DNA of 64,000 nucleotides from an uncultured Methanomassiliicoccales archaeon (GCA_963695345.1 OY968769.1:672001-736000); one strand, 5' to 3'; shown: positions 40,133 through 51,035, numbered from the stretch's first letter. Notes: generated from the sequence alone by a model not told the origin. Program-made: numbers and translations.

Positions 40133-40983
40133 AGGATCGGGCTCCATTGATGGTCTATCGTTTTATTCGCCGAGACCGACATGAAACCGGCCTGGACCTG
40201 GAAACGCAGCGGTTCAGAATGGGTCGCCAGGTATTGGCCGGCCTGATCATCGAGGTTGAGGACCATCACTCCATTGGTCTGAGGCTGCAGGGCTATCATC
40301 TGATCGGTCGTGGCCATTATGCCTGAGCTGTTGCTCATGGTCACCTTGAGCTCCATCGGTGCACCGGATATCTTGTTCGATACGCTCACATGGTAGGGGA
40401 TGGTGAGGGCGTAATGACCACCGGACGTCCCCAACCTGGCGTTGTTCAGGTCAACGCCATAGTCACTGACCAGCGGCTCCCACTCGGTGTTGGAGCTGCC
40501 TCCCAGGTTGAGGGAGACCCAGCCAAGGGGGTAGGTGGCGCCTACGTCCAGCGCCATAGTGACCCGCGTGGTATTGAAGACGAAGGACTGGAGCGCGGAC
40601 GCATTCATCTGGTTGAGGTCGATGGTCATTCCCAGGGGTAGGTCGCTCCATTGACCGGAACGTATGTCCCTGTGCACCGTGGTGAAATTGCCCAGGTTGG
40701 TGGAGTTCACGTCCGAAAGGCCGAAAACGACATAGAAATCGTTGACATCAAAAATGCCGCCGTTGTATACGCCGATCGAAGACCCGAGCTTCAATGTTCC
40801 GTTCTCGAAGCTCCATACCCCGTTGGCTAGCTCCGGCGCGTTGACCTTCAACCCCCCGGTCACCGGAGTTACCGCCGCCAAAATCAGAATGACGATTATG
40901 GCAATCTTGAATGCCAGAATTCCGAGTCTGGTTAGTACGAGCTGCCATCTCGTGTCGGAAAAGGACCCCATCGGCCCGAACAA
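40129..40983 (-). CDS. N-anchored extracellular beta-rich protein (start uncertain)
   Basis: N-terminal TM, many NxS/T sequons; stop overlaps the next start. Confidence 0.7.
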   Translation of the reverse strand: MFGPMGSFSDTRWQLVLTRLGILAFKIAIIVILILAAVTPVTGGLKVNAPELANGVWSFENGTLKLGSSIGVYNGGIFDVNDFYVVFGLSDVNSTNLGNFTTVHRDIRSGQWSDLPLGMTIDLNQMNASALQSFVFNTTRVTMALDVGATYPLGWVSLNLGGSSNTEWEPLVSDYGVDLNNARLGTSGGHYALTIPYHVSVSNKISGAPMELKVTMSNSSGIMATTDQMIALQPQTNGVMVLNLDDQAGQYLATHSEPLRFQVQAGFMSVSANKTIDHQWSPIL

Positions 40984-41175
40984 CGTCTTGCGCCGTAATA
41001 ATGGATTCTATGCATTCATGGCGGCAACGGAAGGGCACTCCCGTACTTCCTTACAACCGCCATCAACCCTTCGTCGGTCGAGCTTCTCTCTGACCCACAA
41101 GATGATTCAGGAGGCCCCCGATGCCTGAGGCGTTCGGTCGGTTCGAGGAAGCCTTTAGTTGGGTCGCCCAAGGAA

Positions 41176-41748
41176 CTACAGGCCAAGGTCAGAGGCCCGA
41201 GCCTTCATTCCTTCGAGGCACAGCGATAGGAACTCATCCCTTCCGATCCCTATCTGTTCGCAAACCATAATCCGGTCGCGGCTCACCCCTTTGGCAAAAT
41301 CCTTCGAACCGAACTTCTTGACCAATGATTCCGGACGTACTCCCTCCAGCTTCTTCGCCGGTGTCACGAGGGCACAGGCGATCACCAGTCCTGAGGCCGC
41401 GTCGCAGGCGATCAGGCCTTTCTTCAAAGGCGTGTCCGGTGCCACACCGGTATGTTCGTGATTATGGGCCAATATGGCATCGATCAGCTCCTGGTCCACC
41501 GTCTCTTTCAACAGTTCCTGCGCCTTGAGGGTGTGGTCCTCGATACCAGTGCATATCTCGAAATCGATATCGTGGAGTATGCCTACCAGTTCCCACCTTT
41601 CCGCATCATGTTCTAGTCTGGTGGCGACCGCCCTCATTGCCGCTCCGACAGCGATCATGTGTTTCACATTGTTGTCCTTGGACACATGTTGACGGACAAG
41701 AAGAAGGGCCTCATCCCGGGAGATGCTTTGGATCATGCTAGTACTCAT
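41176..41748 (-). CDS. HD-domain phosphohydrolase
   Basis: KH, GILHDID, AHN, FAKGVSR. Confidence 0.87.
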   Translation of the reverse strand: MSTSMIQSISRDEALLLVRQHVSKDNNVKHMIAVGAAMRAVATRLEHDAERWELVGILHDIDFEICTGIEDHTLKAQELLKETVDQELIDAILAHNHEHTGVAPDTPLKKGLIACDAASGLVIACALVTPAKKLEGVRPESLVKKFGSKDFAKGVSRDRIMVCEQIGIGRDEFLSLCLEGMKARASDLGL

Positions 41749-41997
41749 GCAAAGACCAGGATTTTATAATGATTTGAACCGGATAGGTAAAACCTCCACG
41801 ATATATCGAAATCCGATAGAAAAAAGGGCGATGGGGGATATCCATCTTGAATGGTGATAATACTTCCGTCCTTTTTACAGAATCTTATCAAGAGGCGTGA
41901 CAAACCCCCTCTTCGTGAATGATATACACTCGAATTTTAACATTGTATGAGAAGTATAATATTCAATTAAACTGAATCATTAACGGGGATAAACCTT

Positions 41998-44802
41998 ATG
42001 ACCATAGAAAGGCACATCCTGGTTCTATACGTCGATGATGAAGAGGATATGCTGGAACTATGCCGGATATATCTTGAGCTTTCAGAGGACATCCGAGTGG
42101 AAACCGAGATCTCCGTGGTAGAGGCGGAAAGGAAGATGGAGAGCGGACGATACGACGCGGTGATATCGGACTACCAGATGCGTGAGATGACCGGCATCGA
42201 TTTCTTGAAGAGGCTCCGAAAGAAGGGAAATGACGTTCCATTCGTGCTGTTCACTGGAAAAGGGAGAGAGGAGGTGGTCATTGAGGCGATCAACTCGGGT
42301 GCCGATTCCTACGTCCAAAAAGGAGGAGAGGCAAAATCCCAGTTCGTGGAACTTGCTCACAGGGTAAGGAAAACCGTGGCCAAAAGGCGGGCGGAAAGAT
42401 CGCTGAAGGAGAGCGAAGAGAGCTACAGAATGCTGTTCGAAGGCATCTTGGAAGGAATGGCATATTGCCAGATGCTGTATGACCACAATGGAGTTCCAGT
42501 CGACTGGCGTTATATCAAGGTCAATGAGCAGTTCACATTACTGACCGGTCTAAAGGAGATAGAGGGAAAGAAGGTAACTGAGGCCATTCCCGGAATCATG
42601 GAGCTCGACCCCGGTCTGCTGGCCACCTACGATCGGGTCGCCTCGACGGGGGTCTCTGAGAAGTTCGAGACCTACGTCAGATCATTAGGCCAATGGATGG
42701 ACGTTTCTGTGATCAGCCCAAGCAAAGGGTTTTTCATTGCCATCTTCGAAAACGTCACAGTCCGGAAACGCTATGAACAGGAAATGGAGACGACCATTGA
42801 GTTCCTGAGAATCGTCAACCTCAGCAAGAGCGTGGAGGAACTGATCGCATCCGCCATCACCTTCTTCCAGAAACAATCGGGCTGCGAGGCTGTGGGCATC
42901 AGGCTGAAGGAAGGGGTCGACTATCCTTATTACGAGACCAAGGGATTCCCTGACGGGTTCGTGTTACTGGAGAAACGACTTTGCTCCTACGATGAGCTTG
43001 GGGCTGTGATCATAGGCCAGGATGGATATCCCATCTTGGAGTGCATGTGCGGTAACGTGATTCGTGGAAGGTTCGATTCCACGAAGGAATTCTTCACGGC
43101 CAACGGCAGCTTCTGGACGAACTGCACGACCAGACTATTGGCGACATCGACCGATGAGGACAGGCAGGCGAGGACCAGGAACCGTTGTAACGGCGAAGGG
43201 TACGAATCAGTGGCCCTGATCCCTCTGACCATGGGACAGGAGCGATATGGCCTACTCCAGATGAACGACCGTAGGACCGGTAGGTACTCCACGCAAATGA
43301 TCGCCCTTTGGGAGCGCCTGGCCGGATATCTTTCGGTCGCATTGTCCAAGTTCCTGGCCGATGAGGCGCTGAACAGGAGCGAAGAGAGGTATCTGAGCCT
43401 GTTCGAGTCGATCGAGGAGTCCGCGGCATTCTTCGAGTATGTACTGGATGGAGGAGGAGAGGTAGCGGACTTCATTTGCCGGGATGTCAACCGGGCCGGC
43501 CTGGCCGCCATGGGATACGACTCCAAGGAGGATGTGCTGGGAAGGAGGATGGGGGGATTGGGTCCGGAAAGGACCTTGGCGCCCCCGGTAGCAGCGATCG
43601 CCGAGATGAGGAGGAGCGGGAAGACATTGGTCAGTGACATCCATCTGGCCACAGGAAATCGGGACTTCATAACGGCCATCATCCCTATCGATGAAGACCA
43701 CTTCATCCTGACCAGCAGGGATGAGACCGATATCGCGAACATAAAAAGGGCGGCTGACAATGACGCATCCCGTCTTAAGACCATCATGGACGTCCTGCCG
43801 ATCGGCCTTATCATGACCGATGAGAAGGGAGCGATCTTGGCGGTGAACGATATCACAAAAGAAATTTGGGGAGGGAGCTTCCCAATGGCGGAGAACGTCG
43901 AAGACTATCGCATATACAAGGCCTGGGAGTATGAGACGGGAAAGGAGATCGAGCCCGAGGAATGGGCGGGGGCTATCGCCCTAAGGGAAGGAAGGACCGT
44001 CCTCGGCCAGGCTGTGACGGTCCAGGGATTTGATGGGGTCCGGAGATCGATCATCAACAATGCTGCTCCCATCAGGACGAATGAAGGGAAGGCCGTCGGG
44101 GTGGTGGTTGCGATGCAGGACATCACCGAGAGCAGGCTCCAGGAGGAGTCCCTGCGCATCGCCAACGGAAAGCTGATGCTGCTTGACAAGATCAACCGGC
44201 ACGACATAAAGAACCAGTTGACCCTATTGAGGGGCAACTTGGAATTGGCCAGGATGACATTCACCGACCCGGAGGGTCAAAAGCACCTGAAATTGGTCGA
44301 ACGGGCGGCAGAGATGATAGAGAAGCACGTCAATTTCGCCAAACAGTACCAGGAGCTTGGTCGGACGTTGCCATGCTGGCATTCGTTGAGGGAGGAGATC
44401 TCCAAGGTGATCGAGGGATATGACCTGATCGACCTCCAAATGAATTGGGAACCGACCTGCGGCTCGGAGATATTGGCCGATCCAATGCTCCCCAGGGTGT
44501 TCCAGAACTTGGTCGAGAACACCATGCGCTACGGCGATAAACCCGCCGTGGTAAACATCCACTGTGAGCCGGATGGTTCGGACCTTTTGATAATATTTGA
44601 GGATCGGGGCAAAGGAATACCTTTCGCGGAAAAGGAGAAGATCTTCGAGAAAGGATACGGAAAGGGTTCTGGCATGGGACTGTTCCTGATCAAGGATATC
44701 CTAGGCATCTCTGGCATCACCATCATAGAGAACGGAGTCCCAGGCAAAGGGGTCAGGTTCGAGATCAGGGTACCGCCAGGACGATTCCGGATGTGCGGAT
44801 GA
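41998..44802 (+). CDS. Hybrid sensor histidine kinase REC-PAS-GAF(Cys-rich)-PAS-PAS-HisKA-HATPase
   Basis: VDDE/SDYQM receiver, INRHDIKNQL H-box, DRGKG, GMGL. Confidence 0.92.
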   Translation: MTIERHILVLYVDDEEDMLELCRIYLELSEDIRVETEISVVEAERKMESGRYDAVISDYQMREMTGIDFLKRLRKKGNDVPFVLFTGKGREEVVIEAINSGADSYVQKGGEAKSQFVELAHRVRKTVAKRRAERSLKESEESYRMLFEGILEGMAYCQMLYDHNGVPVDWRYIKVNEQFTLLTGLKEIEGKKVTEAIPGIMELDPGLLATYDRVASTGVSEKFETYVRSLGQWMDVSVISPSKGFFIAIFENVTVRKRYEQEMETTIEFLRIVNLSKSVEELIASAITFFQKQSGCEAVGIRLKEGVDYPYYETKGFPDGFVLLEKRLCSYDELGAVIIGQDGYPILECMCGNVIRGRFDSTKEFFTANGSFWTNCTTRLLATSTDEDRQARTRNRCNGEGYESVALIPLTMGQERYGLLQMNDRRTGRYSTQMIALWERLAGYLSVALSKFLADEALNRSEERYLSLFESIEESAAFFEYVLDGGGEVADFICRDVNRAGLAAMGYDSKEDVLGRRMGGLGPERTLAPPVAAIAEMRRSGKTLVSDIHLATGNRDFITAIIPIDEDHFILTSRDETDIANIKRAADNDASRLKTIMDVLPIGLIMTDEKGAILAVNDITKEIWGGSFPMAENVEDYRIYKAWEYETGKEIEPEEWAGAIALREGRTVLGQAVTVQGFDGVRRSIINNAAPIRTNEGKAVGVVVAMQDITESRLQEESLRIANGKLMLLDKINRHDIKNQLTLLRGNLELARMTFTDPEGQKHLKLVERAAEMIEKHVNFAKQYQELGRTLPCWHSLREEISKVIEGYDLIDLQMNWEPTCGSEILADPMLPRVFQNLVENTMRYGDKPAVVNIHCEPDGSDLLIIFEDRGKGIPFAEKEKIFEKGYGKGSGMGLFLIKDILGISGITIIENGVPGKGVRFEIRVPPGRFRMCG

Positions 44803-44938
44803 CGTTCATCGTCGATGATCCAGCAACCAAAATCCGATCTGCCTAGCAGAACAGTCTCCCTTTGCCTTTTAAGCGGAAGTGGAGGCCCGGTCCTTTGCAG
44901 AACCAAGGCCATTTGTATCTTGGGAACGGAAAGGTCGT

Positions 44939-45130
44939 TCAGCGGTAGGCGATAACCGTGGCCCCGATATCCTTCTCGACCTTCTGAAGTTCTTTCACCT
45001 GGCCGTTGGACAGTTCCGCAAACTCCAGGGGCTTGTAGGCCATGAGCACGACTCCGAGCTCCTTCTCGAGGGCGTTTATCTTCTTGATATCTGCGGCGGA
45101 AATGTCGGCAAGCTTGTTCAGACAGACCAT
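44939..45130 (-). CDS. Small protein made of two ~30-aa repeats
   Basis: LADISAADIKKINALEKELGVVLMAY / FAELSNGQVKELQKVEKDIGATVIAY. Confidence 0.75.
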   Translation of the reverse strand: MVCLNKLADISAADIKKINALEKELGVVLMAYKPLEFAELSNGQVKELQKVEKDIGATVIAYR

Positions 45131-45287
45131 TATTACACCGACGGGTTCAACGCCAATGGCAATATTTTAACCTTGTTTGTCTGGCTCATACATCCAACTG
45201 GCTAGCATGAAAACCGATCCGAACGGAGGCGTGACACAGTGACACAAGGTTTAACAGAGCCGCTCGCCTTGACTCCGGGCGGGTACA

Positions 45288-46703
45288 ATGGCTGGTACGC
45301 CTGAGGATGATGAGGGGGGAAAGGACCGGTATCTAATTCTGGTGGTGGTATTAGCCGGGGTCTTCATGTCGGTACTCGATGGAGTGGTGGTTACCATAGC
45401 GCTCCCTAACATCACCTCCTATTTCCGGGTCGGGGTGGCCGAGTCCCAGTGGGTGGTGACGACCTACCCGGTCATCGAGACGGCCTTCATCATCATCTTC
45501 GGCAAGGTGGCGGAGCGGACCGGCAAGGCCAGAATGTTCGCAGGAGGACTGGTCGTTTTCACGGCGTCATCGCTGATCTGCGGAATATCAAGCTCCCTGG
45601 AATTGCTGATAGTCTTCCGGGTGGTCCAAGGGATAGGTGCGGCGATGCTGTTCTGCATTGCCGCGGCGATACTGTTCCAAGTATTCCGTCACGAGGATCG
45701 GGGGAAGGTCATGGGGCTGCTCGGATCGGCCGTGGCAGTGGCCATGCTGGCGGGACCGGCCATCGGCGGTTTCATCGTCGCCGGGCTGGGCTGGCAGTAC
45801 ATTTTCTGGATCAATGTTCCGGTGGGCATCTTCGCGGTGCTCCTGGCCCTGAAGACCCTGCGGCTGAACGAATCGATCGTCAAACACCTGAAGATGGACT
45901 ATGTAGGTTCGGCCCTATGGATCCTGGCTATCGTTACGTTGATGCTCACCCTGGGAGAGATCGCGTCCTCCGGTGGGATTACTGGATTGGCCATTGTATT
46001 CGCCGCTACCTTCGCCTTGTCGCTGACCGGTTTCACGATATGGGAAAAACGGGCACCATTCCCGCTTCTGGACGTCTCGGTCTTCCGGGTGAGGGCCTTC
46101 ACCTGCGCAGGATTGAGCATGGCCATGTTCTTCATCAGTTCCAATATCGTCTCGGTGGTCGGTCCGTTCTACTACGAGGGAGTCCTGGGATTTGGACCGG
46201 AAACCGTGGGCCTGATCTTCATGATACTGCCGGCGGTCATGATCTTCGGTTCGCCCATCGCCGGCAGGATTTATGACCGGACGCACTCCCGACACTACAG
46301 TCCGTTGGGGCAACTGGTCCGGGCGGGTTCACTGTTCCTGCTCGCCATTGGCTTCTTCTGGCAGGACATGGCGACAATGATCATGGCCTTCGTGGTCATG
46401 GGATTGGGGAGCGCCCTGTTCAAGAGCGTGAACGACACCGAGGTCATGATCACCCTGCCGAAGGAGCAGTCGGCGGTCGCCTCGAGCGTCTCGGCGACCT
46501 TCCGAAATCTAAGCATACCCATCGGAACCTCGCTGGGCACCATGCTGCTGGTGTTCCAGATGGGCAATGTGGAGCTGACGGGAGCGGTCGGAAACGCGGT
46601 CGCCTCGGATCTGGCGGTGGCGACGACCATATCTGTCCTGGTGGCGGGTTCGCTCTCAATGGCGGGAGCGGCGATCTCCTATCTGGGAAACAGAACTGGA
46701 TAG
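45288..46703 (+). CDS. MFS transporter, DHA2-like
   Basis: LDGVVVTIALP, GKVAERTG, RVVQGIG, GPAIGG, WQYIFWINVP. Confidence 0.92.
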   Translation: MAGTPEDDEGGKDRYLILVVVLAGVFMSVLDGVVVTIALPNITSYFRVGVAESQWVVTTYPVIETAFIIIFGKVAERTGKARMFAGGLVVFTASSLICGISSSLELLIVFRVVQGIGAAMLFCIAAAILFQVFRHEDRGKVMGLLGSAVAVAMLAGPAIGGFIVAGLGWQYIFWINVPVGIFAVLLALKTLRLNESIVKHLKMDYVGSALWILAIVTLMLTLGEIASSGGITGLAIVFAATFALSLTGFTIWEKRAPFPLLDVSVFRVRAFTCAGLSMAMFFISSNIVSVVGPFYYEGVLGFGPETVGLIFMILPAVMIFGSPIAGRIYDRTHSRHYSPLGQLVRAGSLFLLAIGFFWQDMATMIMAFVVMGLGSALFKSVNDTEVMITLPKEQSAVASSVSATFRNLSIPIGTSLGTMLLVFQMGNVELTGAVGNAVASDLAVATTISVLVAGSLSMAGAAISYLGNRTG

Positions 46704-46785
46704 CTGGATGAGAACAATCAGAAAATAAAAAAAAGAAATTTTCGGCGGACAAGCCACCTTGTCGCGCCCGATCGCCATTGGGCCT

Positions 46786-47367
46786 TTACTTGATGAAGCC
46801 CATCCTGAGCGCGGCTCCGGCGAGTCCGGCCAGGCTTCCGGCGACGATCTCGGCCCCGTACCACCCGACACCGCTCGCGAACAGCGCCGCCATTCCCCAG
46901 AAGAAGAACAGGGCGGATATGCCGAGCAGGATGAATCCCATCATCTTGCTGTCGAGGCTCTTCAGCAGGCTCGGCATGATGACCGATCCCAGAATGAACA
47001 GGCCCGCCAGGAGGGCGAGCAGTCCGAGAAGAACTACTGCCGCGCTAGTGCCGTAGTATCTGAGGTCCGAGAGACCGCCAAATCCGGCCAGCACGAGCAT
47101 GAACCCGGAGAACAGGAACAGAACCTCGGTCATGCCGACGCTCTTCACCGTGGGAACATACTCCTGCTTTACCGGTTGGGGCGGGTAGTATTGCTGCGGC
47201 GGTGGTTGCTGATACTGCTGTTGCGGGGCAGGCTGTTGGTACTGCGGCTGGGGAGCGGCCTGTTGGGAGCTATCCCAGTTACCTGGTGTTAGCAACGAAG
47301 CACCGCAATTCGGACAGTGCACGGCGTCGTTGACGATATTGTCCATTCCACAATTACTGCATTTCAT
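46786..47367 (-). CDS. Zinc-ribbon, Gln/Pro-rich linker, 4-TM protein
   Basis: CSNC/CPNC, QQYQQP repeats, four TMs. Confidence 0.8.
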   Translation of the reverse strand: MKCSNCGMDNIVNDAVHCPNCGASLLTPGNWDSSQQAAPQPQYQQPAPQQQYQQPPPQQYYPPQPVKQEYVPTVKSVGMTEVLFLFSGFMLVLAGFGGLSDLRYYGTSAAVVLLGLLALLAGLFILGSVIMPSLLKSLDSKMMGFILLGISALFFFWGMAALFASGVGWYGAEIVAGSLAGLAGAALRMGFIK

Positions 47368-47458
47368 AGGGAAACCTCATTCCTCCATCGTTGGATTGGC
47401 GGAGGGGGGTTAATAGTTATCGGATATGCCCAAACGATACCATCGATGTGGAACAGGC

Positions 47459-49312
47459 TCACTTTTCGAACATCTGAGAAGGGATGGATATCTCGAACCG
47501 GACCCCTTTCCCGTACGTTCCAGTCTCCCTGATGGTTATTCCAGTGATGGCCAAGATCTCCCTGGAAAGGAACAGGCCGAGCCCGGTTCCCCTGCCGAAC
47601 CCCTTCTCGAATATCCTTTCCTTTTCATGGTCGGGTATTCCCGGGCCGATATCCTCATAGACCAGGTTCATCACGTCCTCCGCTGGTTCGCTTCCGATCC
47701 GGATCGATACCGGTTTTGCCGAGTATCGGACCGTGTTCTCGATTAGGTTGTTGAAGACCTTCGGCAACATCGGATCGGCATAGATGGAAAGGCTGGCGGC
47801 TTCTTCACTTATCTGAACATCCTTGGCATATTGATTCTGGCGGACCACCTCCGCCACCGATTGCCATTGAGGGGCCGTGCTCCCCATGTCCTGGTACTCC
47901 TTCGTGAAACGGATCTGCTCCAGGATGACCCGGCTGCAACTCGCCACCTTCTCAAGACTGGCCAATGATTCCGGATCGACAGCGGACAGTTTGACCAGGT
48001 CCAGATGACCCCGTAAAACGGAGAGCTGGTTGACGATGTCGTGCCGGGTGATGCTGTTAAGTAGACTGAGCTTCCTATTGGCCCTTTCAAGGGCCACCTC
48101 CGCCTTCTTCCGGTCGGTGATGTCCTGATTAGCCCCATAGATATGGAATGGCCGGCCCTGGGCGTCCCTCTCCACTTCGACGCAGACCACTATGTCCCTT
48201 ACCTGACCGTCGCGGCGGACCATCCGATGTTCCAGCCGGTTGATGCCGATCGGCGAGGAAAGGTTCAGATCTATTACCTTATCCACCCATGACCGGTCGT
48301 CAGGATAGACGAAACCTTTGGTGTAGTCGTCTATCTTCATGAGGTACCCGCCCTCCCGCTCCGCCGTGGTACCGTAGAGCGCATAGAACGCGTCGTTGAA
48401 TATGAACCGACCCTTCACCAGGTCCATATCCCAATAAACCAGCTTGGCGAGGTCCATGGCCACCGCCAGCTGGTGCTTGGCGGCCCTCAGGTCCATCTCC
48501 GCGGCGGATATCTGGGAGTATGATGCCCGGAGCTCGTCGTTCTTCTGCTGGACCTCCATTTCCGCCTTCTTCCTTTCCGTGATGTCTTGGAGGACGCCGA
48601 AGACTATCCGGTGGACCGGGTCGTATTCCGCCCTGGAATGAATGTGCAGGATATTGCCGTCATTCTTTCGTTTTATCTTGAACTCGATATCATAGGGAGT
48701 GCCTTTTTGGAGAAGATCTGTGAGCGCGGCATCGAGCTGGGTACGATATTCGGGCAGCGGGACGTCCTTCACCAGTTCATAAGGTAACCGCCCCGGTTCG
48801 ATTCCATAGATGATCCGGGCGCCGGCGGAGGCGGACATCTCCTTGCTGTCGAGGTGAAGTTCCCAGTGCCCGAACCCGGCGATCTCCTCGGCCCGGGTCA
48901 GCCGGGCTTCGCTGTTCAGTAACGCCATGCAGGCCCTGTGCCTTTCCACCGCCCGATTTATCCGATGCGTAAGTTCGGTGAACTGGGGCCGGGGAAGTCC
49001 GCCCTTCTGCAGATAGGAATCGGCGCCTTCGTTAAGTGCCTCTATGACCACCTCCTCCCTGCCCTTCCCGGTGAAAAGGATGAATGGAATGTCGTTCTTG
49101 GACTTCCTGAGCGCCCTTAGGAAGGCCAACCCATCCATCTCTGGCATCATGTAATCAGATACCACGACATCGAACTTGCCTTCCTGAAGCAACTTGATGC
49201 CGGTCTTGACGCTGATGGCCGTTTCCAGGATCATCTCGTTCGATGCCTCCAGGAATTCCTTGGCCAACTCCAGCAATGGTTCTTCATCATCAACGTAGAG
49301 GACCTTGATCAT
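47459..49312 (-). CDS. Hybrid sensor histidine kinase REC-PAS-PAS-HisKA-HATPase
   Basis: VDDE/SDYMMP, QDITE/QDITD, ITRHDIVNQL, GTGLGL. Confidence 0.92.
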   Translation of the reverse strand: MIKVLYVDDEEPLLELAKEFLEASNEMILETAISVKTGIKLLQEGKFDVVVSDYMMPEMDGLAFLRALRKSKNDIPFILFTGKGREEVVIEALNEGADSYLQKGGLPRPQFTELTHRINRAVERHRACMALLNSEARLTRAEEIAGFGHWELHLDSKEMSASAGARIIYGIEPGRLPYELVKDVPLPEYRTQLDAALTDLLQKGTPYDIEFKIKRKNDGNILHIHSRAEYDPVHRIVFGVLQDITERKKAEMEVQQKNDELRASYSQISAAEMDLRAAKHQLAVAMDLAKLVYWDMDLVKGRFIFNDAFYALYGTTAEREGGYLMKIDDYTKGFVYPDDRSWVDKVIDLNLSSPIGINRLEHRMVRRDGQVRDIVVCVEVERDAQGRPFHIYGANQDITDRKKAEVALERANRKLSLLNSITRHDIVNQLSVLRGHLDLVKLSAVDPESLASLEKVASCSRVILEQIRFTKEYQDMGSTAPQWQSVAEVVRQNQYAKDVQISEEAASLSIYADPMLPKVFNNLIENTVRYSAKPVSIRIGSEPAEDVMNLVYEDIGPGIPDHEKERIFEKGFGRGTGLGLFLSREILAITGITIRETGTYGKGVRFEISIPSQMFEK

Positions 49313-49507
49313 CGAGCGTCCATACTTTATAACCCGTTAAGGTTCATAAACCCTTATTTCCAATAATCAATTCTCAACACTCTCCCCCAGTCCGGAATAG
49401 CCGGAAAACATGGCTCAACCGACTGGGTTCTTTTCACGTGTCCAGATGGATCAGAGCACTGAATGGGATGGACCTCCCCCACCAGGGCCTATTTCCATGC
49501 GTTATGG

Positions 49508-50176
49508 CTAATGGAATAGTTCGAAGGGCTTTCCCGGTTCTGCAATGATCACATTGATGTCGGAGCTGTTGAGCAGACGGGCCTTGAGCTCACTGGTCGG
49601 CGTCCTGAGGTTGTGCATGGGGACCGCGTACCCCGCACCTATCACCCGAGCGGCCTCGGCCGCGGAGTCGGCGTCCATGGTGAATGTCCCGCCCATCGGA
49701 AGCAGCGCGAGGTCGACATTGCCCAGTTGCCTCATCTCCGGTATGAGGTCGGTGTCTCCCGCGTGGTATATCGTTCTTCCCTCGATCGTGAGGAGATAGC
49801 CCACGCCCACCCCTTTCTTATGAAAGATATGCCCCCTGAGACCGAGATTATAGGCGTCGACTGCCCTCACCTTCACCCAGCCAATGTCGTGTTCCTTTCC
49901 CGGGCCGGTGACGACGGTTTGTTGTGATGGACCAAGTTTCGTTACGACCTTCTTTGGGGCGATGATCAGGGTGGATCTGCCGACAAGTGCCTCCACAGTC
50001 TCTTTCTGGAAATGGTCCCCGTGAGAGTGGGTGATAAGCACCAGGTCTGCCTTTTCGTTCATCTCCGGCCCCTGGTGATGGCCTTTGGGAGTGTAAGAGG
50101 GATCGATATGGATGACCTTGCCGCCGGACCTGATTCGGATCCACGATGTGCTGCTATCGACCCAAGTGATCTCCAT
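49508..50176 (-). CDS. Metallo-beta-lactamase-fold hydrolase
   Basis: IDP, THSHGDH, YHAGDT, PMH. Confidence 0.88.
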   Translation of the reverse strand: MEITWVDSSTSWIRIRSGGKVIHIDPSYTPKGHHQGPEMNEKADLVLITHSHGDHFQKETVEALVGRSTLIIAPKKVVTKLGPSQQTVVTGPGKEHDIGWVKVRAVDAYNLGLRGHIFHKKGVGVGYLLTIEGRTIYHAGDTDLIPEMRQLGNVDLALLPMGGTFTMDADSAAEAARVIGAGYAVPMHNLRTPTSELKARLLNSSDINVIIAEPGKPFELFH

Positions 50177-50285
50177 AATAATGCCGTGCCGTGATTGGCT
50201 TTCCATCATTTTAAGCTAAGTTTTCAGCCCTTTCCACTTTCCAATGAGTATTTATTGACCAGGATTCTCTTGACCCCGATAAGGG

Positions 50286-51035
50286 ATGCCCTCCATGGAC
50301 GAAGAGACGCTGTACCAGACCATATTCAAACGGAAATCCATCAGAAAATTCGAACCGATCCCGCTGGAACAGAGCACAATGGATCTGGTTGTTTCCCAGA
50401 TGGCTTCGTTGTTACCATTGAGCGCCGGAATCGGGACCGAGACAAGGATCCTCAGGAACGAGGATGTGAAAGGGATGTTCAGGGCGGATGCCCCTCACTA
50501 TTTGGCCATCTATTCGGAGGACAAGGAAGGATCCGCGGCAAACGCGGGCTTCATGTTGCAGCAGTTGGACCTCTTCTTCAGCGCCAGCGGTATTGGTTGC
50601 TGCTGGCTCGGGGGAAGCAAACCGACAAAGAAAACCGAACCGGTGGCAGGCATGCAGTTCGTCACCATGCTGGCATTTGGAAAACCTGCCGAAACGCTGC
50701 AGAGGAAGAGCGTGTCCGAGTTCAAGAGGAGGACTCTTTCTGAGATATCCGACATGAATGGATCGGACGAACTAATGGAACCGGTGCGCCTGGCACCTTC
50801 GGGAATGAACAACCAATCCTGGTTCTATCACGGCGACGGAAATCGGACCGACGCCTACTACGCCAAATCGATGATGCTCGACCAGATGAACCAGATCAAT
50901 GTGGGCATAGGCCTGTGCCATCTTTGGCTGTCGGCCGTCCATTTCAAGAAAGATATCCGTTTCGTCAACGAAAGGCCGAGCGAGGAACGAGCTCCTAAAG
51001 GATACCGGTATGTCGCCTCTGCGCTGATGGATTGA
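50286..51035 (+). CDS. Nitroreductase-family protein (TM1586-like duplicated type)
   Basis: RKSIRKF, GIGCCWLG, LAPSGMNNQSW, GIGLCH. Confidence 0.85.
   Translation: MPSMDEETLYQTIFKRKSIRKFEPIPLEQSTMDLVVSQMASLLPLSAGIGTETRILRNEDVKGMFRADAPHYLAIYSEDKEGSAANAGFMLQQLDLFFSASGIGCCWLGGSKPTKKTEPVAGMQFVTMLAFGKPAETLQRKSVSEFKRRTLSEISDMNGSDELMEPVRLAPSGMNNQSWFYHGDGNRTDAYYAKSMMLDQMNQINVGIGLCHLWLSAVHFKKDIRFVNERPSEERAPKGYRYVASALMD

Noticed and set aside
28886-49312. Three orphan REC-PAS-HK kinases as a novel system
   Set aside because: This architecture is common and expanded in methanogens.
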